A stretch of 64,000 nt of DNA from Cellulomonas sp. (lineage in GTDB: Bacteria; Actinomycetota; Actinomycetes; Actinomycetales; Cellulomonadaceae): the NCBI RefSeq assembly GCF_035634735.1, contig NZ_DASQCJ010000002.1, positions 5,337 to 69,336 on the forward strand, in the 5' to 3' direction. Shown in pieces: positions 1 through 8,724 of the stretch (position 1 is its first letter; every line of letters begins with the position of its first letter). The position numbers and the translations under genes were made by a program. The notes beneath the pieces are model-generated. The model had not been told where the DNA came from and ran no database searches. It was given only the letters and a program-made list of their open reading frames with translations.

Positions 1-2
1 AC

Positions 3-971
3 GCGGGCACGGCGGTCGTGCTGGTCACGCACGACCTCGGCGCGGTGGCGCGGGTCGCGGACCGGGTCGTGGTACTGCGGGACGGGCGGGTCGTGGAGCA
101 GGGGCCGACGGCCGCCGTGCTCGGCGCGCCCCGCGAGGCGTACACCCGCGAGCTGGTCGACGCGGCCAGGCTCGGCGACGGGCCGGGCGCGGTGCCGGAG
201 GCGGGGGCGCCGCTGCTCGAGGGCCGTGGGCTGCTCCGGGCGTTCCCGCTGCCGGGCGGCGGCGCGGTGACCGCGGTCGACGGCGTGGACGTCGCGGTGC
301 GCGCGGGCGAGGCCGTGGGCCTGGTGGGGGAGTCCGGGTCGGGCAAGACGACGCTCGCCCGGCTGCTGCTCGCCGCCGACGCCCCCGACGCGGGCGAGGT
401 GCTGCTGGACGGCCGGCCGTGGTCGGGGATGCCCGAGCGCGACCGGCGCGCGCTGCGGTCGGGCGTGCGGCTGGTGCCGCAGGACCCGCTGGGGACGGTC
501 GACCCGCGGCTGACGGTGCGGGCGGTGCTGCGGGCCGCGCTCGCGACGGGTCCGCGGCCGCCGGCGCGGGCCGACCGGGACCCCGCGGCCGCCGCGCTGC
601 TCGCGCGGGTGCACCTGCCCCCCGAGGTGCTCGACCGCCGGCCCCGCACGCTGTCCGGGGGGCAGCGGCAGCGGGTGGCGATCGCGCGGGCGCTCGCGTC
701 GGGGCCCCGGGTGCTGCTGCTGGACGAGCCGGTGTCGGCGCTCGACGTGCAGGTGCAGGCGGCGATCCTCGACCTGCTGGTCGAGCTGCGCCGGGACACC
801 GGCGTGGCGATGGTGCTCGTGTCGCACGACCTCGGCGTGATCCGGCGGGTGTGCGACCGGGTGCTGGTGATGAGCGCCGGCCGGGTGGTCGAGCAGGGGC
901 CGGTGCCGGACGTCTTCGGCGCCCCGGCCCACCCGGTCACCCGCGACCTCCTGGCGGCCCGCGCGGTCTGA
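3..971 (+). CDS. ABC transporter ATP-binding protein (peptide/nickel type, two ATPase domains), 5' partial
   Basis: Walker A GESGSGKT, signature LSGGQRQR, Walker B LLLDEP, H-loop SHDL. An earlier THDL shows the tail of a first domain; the frame is open to the window edge. Confidence 0.9.
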   Translation, partial: AGTAVVLVTHDLGAVARVADRVVVLRDGRVVEQGPTAAVLGAPREAYTRELVDAARLGDGPGAVPEAGAPLLEGRGLLRAFPLPGGGAVTAVDGVDVAVRAGEAVGLVGESGSGKTTLARLLLAADAPDAGEVLLDGRPWSGMPERDRRALRSGVRLVPQDPLGTVDPRLTVRAVLRAALATGPRPPARADRDPAAAALLARVHLPPEVLDRRPRTLSGGQRQRVAIARALASGPRVLLLDEPVSALDVQVQAAILDLLVELRRDTGVAMVLVSHDLGVIRRVCDRVLVMSAGRVVEQGPVPDVFGAPAHPVTRDLLAARAV

Positions 972-1001
972 GACGCGCGCCGGTCCAGCCGTTCCACCAC
1001 T

Positions 1002-1058
1002 CCCGCCGAGATAGGACCGTGGTCGGCTATCTCGCGCGGGAGGCCCTATCTCGGCGGG
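1002..1058. repeat. REP-like palindromic element (GAGATAGG family)
   Basis: Perfect 14-bp arms CCCGCCGAGATAGG (1002-1015) and CCTATCTCGGCGGG (1045-1058), with an internal partial CTATCTCG copy; lies between convergent genes. Confidence 0.8.
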
Positions 1059-1104
1059 TCAGGCGGCGCGCGGGCGGGTCAGGCGGCGCGCGGGCGGCGC
1101 GGCG

Positions 1105-2028
1105 TCAGACGGTGACGACGATCTTGCCGCGTGTGTGGCCCGTCTCCAGGGCGCGGTACGCCTCGGCGGCCTCCTCGAGCGGGTACGTCGCCGCGACCTC
1201 GACGCGCACGACGCCGCGCGCCGCGAGGTCGGCCAGGTGCGCCAGGTCGGCGCTGTCCGGGCGGACCCACACGTACTGCCCGCCGAGCTCGTCCCGGGCC
1301 CGGGCGTCCGTGATCGACGCGATCGTGCCGCCGGGGCGCAGCAGCGCGGGCGCGGTCTCGATCGCCTGGCCGCCGACGTAGTCCAGCACCACGTCGAACC
1401 CCTCCGGCGCGGCGGCGCGCGCGGCCTCGACCAGGCCGTCGCCGTACGCGACCGGCTCGGCGCCGAGCGAGCGCAGGTAGTCGTGGTTGCGCTCGGAGGC
1501 CGTGCCGACGACCCGCGCGCCCGCGTGCACGGCGAGCTGCACCGCGATCGAGCCGACGCCGCCGGCCGCGGCGTGCACCAGCACGGTCGACCCCTCGGCC
1601 ACGCCCGCGCGCCGGATGCTCTGCAGCGCGGTGAGGCCGGCGAGCGGCAGCCCGGCGGCCTGGTCGAACGGCAGCCCCGCGGGCTTCTTCGCGGCGGTGC
1701 GCACCGGCACGGACACGTACTCGGCGAGCGTGCCGTCCTGCACCACGTCCTTGCGGGCGTAGGCGAGCACCTCGTCGCCGACCTCGAACTCGGGGGTGTC
1801 CAGGCCGACCTTCACGACGGTCCCGGCGACGTCCCAGCCCGGCACGGCCGGGAAGCGGGTGTCCATCAGGCCCTGCAGGTGGCCCGCGCGCAGGTGGTAG
1901 TCCACCGGGTTCAGGCCCGCGGCGGCCACCTCGACCACGACCGTGTCCGCGCCGATGTGCGGCTCCGGACGGTCGACGACCCGGAGCACGTCGGCCCCGC
2001 CGAACTCCTCGTACACGACAGCTCTCAT
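1105..2028 (-). CDS. NADP-dependent oxidoreductase (MDR/quinone reductase-like)
   Basis: AAGLNPVD, PGWDVAG, HAAAGGVG nucleotide-binding motif, C-terminal GKIVV; start trimmed to MRAVVYEEFGG. Confidence 0.9.
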   Translation of the reverse strand: MRAVVYEEFGGADVLRVVDRPEPHIGADTVVVEVAAAGLNPVDYHLRAGHLQGLMDTRFPAVPGWDVAGTVVKVGLDTPEFEVGDEVLAYARKDVVQDGTLAEYVSVPVRTAAKKPAGLPFDQAAGLPLAGLTALQSIRRAGVAEGSTVLVHAAAGGVGSIAVQLAVHAGARVVGTASERNHDYLRSLGAEPVAYGDGLVEAARAAAPEGFDVVLDYVGGQAIETAPALLRPGGTIASITDARARDELGGQYVWVRPDSADLAHLADLAARGVVRVEVAATYPLEEAAEAYRALETGHTRGKIVVTV

Positions 2029-2154
2029 ACCGGTGCGAACCCGCCGCCGCGCCGCGGCATTCCGGGTGGTGGCGCGGCTCACGGCTCATCCCGACCGGGT
2101 GGTCCGGGCCGGGGGCGCCCGTCCTAGCGTCGGGAGCGCGGAGATCCTGACGGC

Positions 2155-2619
2155 GTGAGGAGCGTGGTGGCGGTGGAGTTCTGGTCCGACTTCTGGGACA
2201 TCATCTGGTGGTTCGTCTGGGCGTTCGTGTTCATCGCCTACCTGTTCGCCCTGTTCGCGATCATCACGGACCTGTTCCGTGACCGCGATCTCAGCGGGTG
2301 GTGGAAGGCGGTGTGGCTGATCTTCCTGCTGGTGCTGCCGTTCGTGACCGCGCTGGTGTACCTGATCGCGCGCGGCCGCGGGATGGCCGAGCGCAGTGCC
2401 CGGTCCGCGGTCGCGGCGCGGAAGGCGGGCGACGCGTACATCCGGGACGTCGCCGGGTCGGGGTCGCCCGGGCAGCAGATCGCGCAGGCCAAGGCGCTGC
2501 TGGACGAGGGCGCGATCAGCGCGGAGGAGTTCGCCGCGCTCAAGGACCACGCGCTGGGGCAGGTGCGGGTCGCGGGCGCCGGGGCGGACGGGGCCGGCGC
2601 GCACCGGGCGCCCGCCTGA
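2155..2619 (+). CDS. Membrane protein with PLDc_N-like N-terminus and C-terminal SHOCT domain
   Basis: Two hydrophobic helices with DLFRDRDLSGWWKAVW; SHOCT-like AKALLDEGAISAEEFAALK. Confidence 0.8.
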   Translation: MRSVVAVEFWSDFWDIIWWFVWAFVFIAYLFALFAIITDLFRDRDLSGWWKAVWLIFLLVLPFVTALVYLIARGRGMAERSARSAVAARKAGDAYIRDVAGSGSPGQQIAQAKALLDEGAISAEEFAALKDHALGQVRVAGAGADGAGAHRAPA

Positions 2620-2632
2620 CGGCGGGGCCGGG

Positions 2633-3313
2633 TCAGCGGCCGGCGGCGGGCGGCGCGGCGGGGGGTCGGGCGCCGCCCCCCGCGCCCCCGCCGCCCGCGC
2701 TCGCGCCCCCGCCGCCCTCGTCCCCGTCCTGCGCCCGGCGCACCGCGGCCAGGAACTCCCGCCCCACCAGCGCCGCGAACGCGAACCCGCAGATCATCTG
2801 CAGGGTCACCACGACCCGGGCGGGCCCGGTGACCGGGGTGATGTCGCCGAACCCGACCGTCGCCAGCACGGTCATCGTGAAGTAGATGGCGTCCAGGCGG
2901 TCGACCGGCTCGGTGAACGCCCCGGGCGTCGCGTCGGAGAGCGACGTGTACCCGGCGGCGAACAGCACGACGAAGAGCACGGTCGCGGTCACGAAGGCCT
3001 CGATCGCGCGGAGCACCGGGTACGGCGACCGGACCACGCTGCGGATCTGCCAGCCCAGCAGCGCGACGAGCAGCGTCAGGCCCGCCACGAGCAGCACGAG
3101 CGTCGCCGGGGTCGCGCGGTCGAGCGGGCGGCCGAGGTACAGGCCGACGATCAGCGCCGTGCTGCCGACCATGCGCAGCGCGGTGCGCAACCGGGCGCGG
3201 CGCCCCGACGGACGCCGGGCGTCGTGCGGCCCGGGTCGCGGTGCGGACGGTGCGGGCGTGGCCGGCTGCGCCTCCATCCGGCCATCGTGGCGGCGTGCCC
3301 GCGCCCGCGGCAT
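2633..3313 (-). CDS. Potassium channel family protein (ion-channel pore domain)
   Basis: Selectivity-filter motif TVLATVGFGDITP flanked by TM helices; the true start may be the downstream MEAQP. Confidence 0.85.
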   Translation of the reverse strand: MPRARARRHDGRMEAQPATPAPSAPRPGPHDARRPSGRRARLRTALRMVGSTALIVGLYLGRPLDRATPATLVLLVAGLTLLVALLGWQIRSVVRSPYPVLRAIEAFVTATVLFVVLFAAGYTSLSDATPGAFTEPVDRLDAIYFTMTVLATVGFGDITPVTGPARVVVTLQMICGFAFAALVGREFLAAVRRAQDGDEGGGGASAGGGGAGGGARPPAAPPAAGR

Positions 3314-3361
3314 CGCCCGCTGCGGGCGGTGTCGCCCCGGCCCGAGCCTCCCGCGCGACCG

Positions 3362-3775
3362 TCAGGCGGTGAGCCCGTGCCCGCGGGCGCCCGTGCCGGT
3401 CTCGAACCAGACGGTCTTGCCGCGCCCGGGGTGCAGCTCGATGCCCCACGCGGTGGCGAGCGCGTCGACCAGCCGCATGCCGTGGCCGCCGATCCGGCGG
3501 GCGTTCCCCGGCTTCACCAGGGGGAGCGTGGGGTCGGGGTCGGTGACCTCGACCCGGACGCAGTCGTCGTGGCACTCGGCGGTGAGCGCGATGTGCCGGT
3601 GCGCGCGGGTGTGCACGACGGCGTTGGTGAGGATCTCGCTGGTCAGCAGCTCGACGGTCCGCGCCGCCTCGGCGGTGGCGTGCCCGAGCTCGGCCTCGTG
3701 GGCGGCCCAGCGCCGGCCGGCGGCGACGGACCCGGGCTCGGGGTCGAGGACGAGGCGGTGCGGTCGGTGGCCCAC
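3362..3775 (-). CDS. ATP-binding protein, HATPase_c anti-sigma factor/RsbW-like
   Basis: LLTSEILTNAVVH N-box, VRVEVTDPD, GGHGMRLVDALATAWG, GKTVWFE; start trimmed to GTG at 3775. Confidence 0.85.
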   Translation of the reverse strand: MGHRPHRLVLDPEPGSVAAGRRWAAHEAELGHATAEAARTVELLTSEILTNAVVHTRAHRHIALTAECHDDCVRVEVTDPDPTLPLVKPGNARRIGGHGMRLVDALATAWGIELHPGRGKTVWFETGTGARGHGLTA

Positions 3776-3915
3776 GCGCGCTCCCTCCTTCTCGAGCCTG
3801 GTCCCGGCTGGCTGGGGACCAGGGTGGGCCAGGCGGGGCGCGCGCGCATCCCGAGCGCCCGGGGGGCGCCGCGCCGCACGGCGTCCGCACAGGTCCGGCC
3901 CGTTTCCTGTGCCGG

Positions 3916-3945
3916 ACCTGTCGACCACCTGTCGATCACCTGTCG
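3916..3945. promoter_or_regulatory. Three ACCTGTCG direct repeats at 11-bp period (candidate regulator binding array)
   Basis: ACCTGTCG starts at 3916, 3927 and 3938 in the divergent intergenic region. Confidence 0.55.
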
Positions 3946-4031
3946 GTCGCGCGCGGACGCTGCACGCGCGCCCCGCGGGGCCGATGGGGCGGGCGTGCGG
4001 CGGACGGTCCGCCGCGCAGGAGGAGGTCACC

Positions 4032-4634
4032 ATGAGCGTCGACGCCGTCAGCACGTCGTCCGCCCTCACCGCGCTGCTCGCCGCCCGGTCCGGCAGCACC
4101 GGCACGTCGGCGTCCCGGGCCGCCCCGCCCGCCCCGCCCGCGGGGGCCGTCGACGGCACCGCCACGTCCCGCGTCCCCGGCCACGTCGAGGCCGCCGCGG
4201 AGGCGCTCGGCCTGTCCACCGACGAGGTCGTCGAGGCGCTCCAGGACGGCGCGAGCCTCGCGGACCTCGCCGAGGAGCAGGGCGTCAGCCGGGACGACCT
4301 GGTCGCGGCCCTGGTCGCCGACGCGCCCGCCGACCTGCAGGCGATGGACGGCGTCGAGGACATGATCGGCGAGCTCGTCGACACGGCCGGGACGGCGGGC
4401 CCCGCCGGACCGCCGCCCGGCGGGTCGTCGGGCGTGTGGGGCGAGGCGCTGACCGCCGACCAGTCCGAGGCGCTGGACGCGGTGGCGTCGCTGCTGGGCA
4501 CCGACGCGCCCGCCCTGCTGGACCGGCTCTACGGCGGCGCCTCGCTCACGGACCTGCTCGCCGACGCCGGCGTCTCCGCGTCGGACCTGTCCGGCGCGGT
4601 CACCGGCGGCCTGCTCATCGACACCACCGCCTGA
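4032..4634 (+). CDS. Hypothetical protein with two helical repeat modules
   Basis: AGGAGG RBS before ATG; modules ALGLSTDEVVEALQDGASLADLAEEQGVS and LLGTDAPALLDRLYGGASLTDLLADAGVS. Confidence 0.7.
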   Translation: MSVDAVSTSSALTALLAARSGSTGTSASRAAPPAPPAGAVDGTATSRVPGHVEAAAEALGLSTDEVVEALQDGASLADLAEEQGVSRDDLVAALVADAPADLQAMDGVEDMIGELVDTAGTAGPAGPPPGGSSGVWGEALTADQSEALDAVASLLGTDAPALLDRLYGGASLTDLLADAGVSASDLSGAVTGGLLIDTTA

Positions 4635-4641
4635 GCCGTCG

Positions 4642-5967
4642 TCAGCCCGGGTCCGCCGCGGACCCGGGGCCCGCCGCCGCCGGCTCCTCCGGCGGCGGCA
4701 CGACCCGCACCCGCGCGATGCGCCGGCCGTCGACGGCCGTGACCTCGACCCGGTGCCCGTCGACGTCGACCGCGTCGCCGACCTCGCCGAGCCGCCCGAG
4801 CTGGGCGATCACGAACCCCGCGACGGTCTCGTACGGCCCGTCGGCGAGCGGCACCCCGGTGAGCTCGGTGAACTCCTCGATGGTGATGCCCGCGTCGTAG
4901 GAGCCGGGCGCGCCCTCGCGGGCCTCGGCGCCGGAGGACCCGGGCATGTCGTACTCGTCGCGGATGTCGCCGACGAGCTCCTCGACCAGGTCCTCGAGCG
5001 TGACGATGCCGTCGGTGCCGCCGTACTCGTCGACGACGACCGCGATGTGCACGCCCTCGCGGCGCATCGAGGACAGCGACGGCAGCAGCTTGTTGGTGCC
5101 GGGCAGCACGACGATCTCGCGCATGACGTCCCGGACCCGGACGCCCGTGCGGTCGGTCGCCTCCAGCAGCTCGCGGATGTGCAGGAAGCCCAGCACGTCG
5201 TCGAAGTCCTCGCCGATGACGGGGTACCGGGACCAGGGCTGGTCGCGGACCCGGTCGAGCGCGTCGGCGAGCGCGAGGTCGGCCTCCAGGAAGTGCACCT
5301 CGGGCCGCGGGCGCATCACCTCCGCCACCGAGCGGTCGGTCGCGGCGAACACGTCGCCGAGGATCCGCCGCTCGTCCTCGGGCAGGCCCTGGTGCGCGAT
5401 GACCAGGTCCCGGAGCTCGGCCTCCGACATCTCCTCGCTGGTCGCGTGCGGGTCCCCGCCGAACAGCCGGACGAGCAGGTTGGTCGACGTCGACAGCAGC
5501 CAGATCACCGGGCGCATGAGCGTCGCGAACCGGTCGAGCGGCGGCGCGACGGCCAGGGCCACCCGGCCGGACTGCTGCAGGGCGATGCGCTTGGGGACGA
5601 GCTCGCCCAGCACCAGCGACAGGTACGCGATGACGAGCGTCAGCACCACCAGGGCGATGGTGCGGGACAGCGCCTCCGAGGCGCCGAGCGCCTCGAAGAC
5701 GGGCGCGAAGTCGGGCGCGATCGTCGACGCGCCGTACGCGGCGGAGAAGAAGCCGGCGACGGTGACGCCGATCTGCACGGCCGCGAGGAACCGGTTCGGG
5801 TCGCGGGCCACGGAGGCGACGCGCGCGCCGCGGGCGCTCTGCCGCTCGAGGCGGTTGATCTGGCTCTCCCGGAGCGAGACGAGCGCGATCTCCGTCCCGG
5901 CGAACACCCCGCCGATCAGGATGAAGAGCAGGACGAGGGCGATGTTGCCCCAGGTCTCGGAGTCCAT
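4642..5967 (-). CDS. Hemolysin-family CNNM/CBS/CorC domain protein
   Basis: FAGTEIALVS, LVLGELVPKRIAL, CBS pair (WSRYPV; VVDEYGGTDGIVTLEDLVEELVGDI), C-terminal CorC_HlyC (YETVAGFV). Confidence 0.92.
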   Translation of the reverse strand: MDSETWGNIALVLLFILIGGVFAGTEIALVSLRESQINRLERQSARGARVASVARDPNRFLAAVQIGVTVAGFFSAAYGASTIAPDFAPVFEALGASEALSRTIALVVLTLVIAYLSLVLGELVPKRIALQQSGRVALAVAPPLDRFATLMRPVIWLLSTSTNLLVRLFGGDPHATSEEMSEAELRDLVIAHQGLPEDERRILGDVFAATDRSVAEVMRPRPEVHFLEADLALADALDRVRDQPWSRYPVIGEDFDDVLGFLHIRELLEATDRTGVRVRDVMREIVVLPGTNKLLPSLSSMRREGVHIAVVVDEYGGTDGIVTLEDLVEELVGDIRDEYDMPGSSGAEAREGAPGSYDAGITIEEFTELTGVPLADGPYETVAGFVIAQLGRLGEVGDAVDVDGHRVEVTAVDGRRIARVRVVPPPEEPAAAGPGSAADPG

Positions 5968-6207
5968 CAGCGGCGAGCCCCCGTGCGGTCGGCGCGGGCC
6001 GCCGGGCCGGTGCGCGGGGTGGTGCGGGCTCGCCGCACGGGACTGCAGGGCTGGTCAGGAGGCGACATCGCACCATTCCAGGGGCGCCGGGGGCGATCGT
6101 CAACCGCAGGCGCGCCGGGCTCCGCGCACACAGGACGCGCACAGCACGTCCCGGCGATCACCGCCCGGAACGGCCCGTGCGTGTCGGGCGCGGTCCCTAG
6201 GCTGACC

Positions 6208-8205
6208 GTGCCGGCGGCGCGTCGCCCCGGGAGGCAGCGGGACGACGGGGTGAGGCGTGTGAGGTCGGTGCGGGTCGCAGGGGGTCGGGGAGCCGCGCGG
6301 CGCGGGGTCGCGGTCGGCGTCGTGCTCGCGCTGGTCGGCGTGCTCGCCGCGTGCTCGGGCGGGGGCGACGACCGGCAGCGGACCGCCGACGCCCTCGCCG
6401 ACGCCCTCGCGTCGGGCGACTTCGCGGACGTCCCCCTGGACGGCGCCACCGCCGCCGAGGCGGGCGAGGCGCGCACCGCCGCCTACGCGGCCCTCGACCC
6501 GTGGCAGCCCGAGGTGGCGGCCGGTGACGTCGTGGCCGCGGCGGACGACGACGCGGCGGCGTCGGTCGAGCTGACCTTCACCTGGGACGTCGGCAGCAGC
6601 GCCGCGGCGTGGACGTACACCACGCACGCGAACCTGGCGAAGGTGGACGACGAGTGGCGGGCCCGCTGGTCGACGATGCTGCTGGCGCCGGACCTGGCGG
6701 CCGGCGAGACGCTCCAGGTGCACCGGGTGCAGGCCGAGCGCGCGGACGTCCTCGGCGCCGGGGACGCGGTGCTGGTGGAGTCCCGGCCGGTGTTCCGGAT
6801 CGGCATCGACAAGACCCGGATCCCGGCGGAGCAGGCGGACGGGGCGGCGCGCGAGCTCGCGGCGGCCCTCGGCCTGGACGCCGAGGCCTACGCGGCCCAG
6901 GTCGCGGCGGCAGGCGAGAAGGCGTTCGTCGAGGCGATCGTCGTGCGCGCGGACGACCCGGCGTACGACCGCGGCGCGCTCGCGGTGCTGCCGGGCGTGA
7001 ACATGATCGAGACCGCGCTGCCGCTGGCGCCGAACCGCGCCTTCGCCCGCCCGGTGCTCGGCACGGTCGGCCAGGCGACGGCGGAGGTCGTCGAGGACTC
7101 GGACGGCGCGGTCGTCGCCGGCGACCTGGCGGGCCTGAGCGGCCTGCAGGCGCAGTTCGACGCGCAGCTGCGCGGCGAGCCCGGGCTGACGGTGGTCGCG
7201 ACGGCCGGCGGCGCGCAGGAGCGGCAGCTGTTCCACGTGGAACCGCAGGTGGGGGAGCCGCTGCGCACGACCATCGACCCGGCGGTGCAGCAGGCCGCCG
7301 AGGACCTCGTCGCCACGGTCACCGGCAGCGCGAGCGCGATCGTCGCGATCCGGCCGTCCACCGGCGACGTCCTCGCGGCGGCGAGCGGGCCGGGCGGCGG
7401 CGGCATGTCGACGGCCACGCTCGGCCTGTACGCCCCCGGGTCGACGTTCAAGGTCGCGTCGTCGCTCGCGCTGCTGCGCGCGGGGCTGACCCCGGACAGC
7501 ACCGTCACCTGCCCGGAGACCGCCACCGTGGACGGCCGGTCGTTCCAGAACTACCCGGGGTACCCGGCCGACGCGCTCGGCGACATCACGCTGCGCACCG
7601 CGGTCGCCGAGTCGTGCAACACCGCGTTCCTCACCGCGGCGGGCACCGCGCCGCAGGAGGCGCTGGCCGACGCCGCGGCCTCGCTCGGCCTGGTCGCCGG
7701 CGCGGACCTCGGCTTCGCGGCGACGCTCGGCGAGGTGCCGGCCGAGGCGACCGGCGGCACCGACCACGCCGCGTCGATGATCGGCCAGGCCCGGGTGCAG
7801 GCGACGCCGCTCGGCATGGCGACGGTCGCGGCCTCGGTGGCCGCGGGCGCGCGGGTCACCCCGCGGCTGCTGCTCGGCACCGCGGGGGAGACCGCCACCC
7901 CGGCGCCGGACCCGGCGCAGCCGCTGACCACCGGCGAGGCCGACGCGCTGCGCTCGATGATGCGGGCCGTCGTGACCGAGGGCGGTGGCGACTTCCTGCA
8001 GGACGTGCCGGGCCCCGAGGTGATCGCGAAGTCCGGCACGGCGCAGTACGGGTCGGGCGACGACCTGCAGAACCACGCGTGGATGATCGCGGCGCAGGGT
8101 GACCTCGCGGTCGCGGTGTTCGTCGAGACCGGCGACTTCGGCTCGACGACGTCGGGCCCGCTCCTCGAGGCGTTCCTCCGCGCGGTGGCGGTGCCGGCGG
8201 CCTGA
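6208..8205 (+). CDS. Penicillin-binding transpeptidase lipoprotein with NTF2-like N-terminal domain
   Basis: Lipobox LAAC; SxxK PGSTFK, SxN ESCN, KSG triad AKSGTA. A TAGGCT -10 at 6198-6203 precedes GTG 6208 (alternative start 6250). Confidence 0.9.
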   Translation: MPAARRPGRQRDDGVRRVRSVRVAGGRGAARRGVAVGVVLALVGVLAACSGGGDDRQRTADALADALASGDFADVPLDGATAAEAGEARTAAYAALDPWQPEVAAGDVVAAADDDAAASVELTFTWDVGSSAAAWTYTTHANLAKVDDEWRARWSTMLLAPDLAAGETLQVHRVQAERADVLGAGDAVLVESRPVFRIGIDKTRIPAEQADGAARELAAALGLDAEAYAAQVAAAGEKAFVEAIVVRADDPAYDRGALAVLPGVNMIETALPLAPNRAFARPVLGTVGQATAEVVEDSDGAVVAGDLAGLSGLQAQFDAQLRGEPGLTVVATAGGAQERQLFHVEPQVGEPLRTTIDPAVQQAAEDLVATVTGSASAIVAIRPSTGDVLAAASGPGGGGMSTATLGLYAPGSTFKVASSLALLRAGLTPDSTVTCPETATVDGRSFQNYPGYPADALGDITLRTAVAESCNTAFLTAAGTAPQEALADAAASLGLVAGADLGFAATLGEVPAEATGGTDHAASMIGQARVQATPLGMATVAASVAAGARVTPRLLLGTAGETATPAPDPAQPLTTGEADALRSMMRAVVTEGGGDFLQDVPGPEVIAKSGTAQYGSGDDLQNHAWMIAAQGDLAVAVFVETGDFGSTTSGPLLEAFLRAVAVPAA

Positions 8206-8374
8206 TCCGGGCCCTGACCTGCGGGTCCACGGGAGCGACGCGGCCGGCGCGCGCCGACCCCGTCGCCGGTGCGTTTTGTCCGCTATGGCCCGAGTGGGTG
8301 AAATGGGTGTTCTGGGATGAAGTTTCCCGTCCGCCCCCTTCCGCTGCGCCCGGCGCCGGGCCTACAGTCGGGCT

Positions 8375-8452
8375 GTCAGCGACAAGGGCAAACCCTCCGC
8401 GAGGAGGGGACGCAAAGCCACGGGACCCCCGCAGGTCAGCCGGGCTGCCGAA
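8375..8452 (+). ncRNA. c-di-GMP-I (GEMM) riboswitch
   Basis: AGGGCAAACC-ctcc-GCGA-ggag-GGGACGCAAAGCC-acgggaccc...GTCAGCCGGGCTGCCGAA matches the class I consensus including the GNRA tetraloop; TACAGT -10 at 8363-8368. Confidence 0.9.
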
Positions 8453-8465
8453 CGAAGGATCTCCC

Positions 8466-8636
8466 ATGGAACAGCGCGGCTTCTTCGAGCCGGCCGAGCG
8501 CGACCGCTCGGACCTCCGCTCCGACGTGACGGGGCGCAGCGCGACCCGCCTCTCGTCCTGGTCCCGCATCGCGGCGACCCTCGCGACGCACGGCGACCTG
8601 GTCCCCGCGCAGCGCGAGTGCACCTCCGCCTCCTGA
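8466..8636 (+). CDS. 56-aa hypothetical small protein downstream of the riboswitch
   Basis: GAAGGA RBS then ATG GAA CAG CGC; GC-rich third positions; the only ORF between the riboswitch and the convergent gene. Confidence 0.65.
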   Translation: MEQRGFFEPAERDRSDLRSDVTGRSATRLSSWSRIAATLATHGDLVPAQRECTSAS

Positions 8637-8724
8637 CCGCACGCCCCCCGGGCGCCTGCGCCGGGCGCCCGTCGGCGTGCCCGGGCCCGGGCGCCCGCGC
8701 CCGGCGTGCCGGCCGCGGCCCGCG

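Noticed and set aside
4642-5967. Hemolysin as a virulence toxin
   Set aside because: The architecture is the ubiquitous CNNM/CBS/CorC Mg/Co transport-associated family; the name is historical.
6208-8205. mecA-like resistance determinant
   Set aside because: NTF2 plus transpeptidase PBPs are normal chromosomal genes in actinobacteria; host-like codon usage and no mobile context.
8375-8452. Riboswitch as the 3',3'-cGAMP-sensing variant
   Set aside because: The discriminating position (G20 equivalent in AGGGCAAACC) is G, not A.
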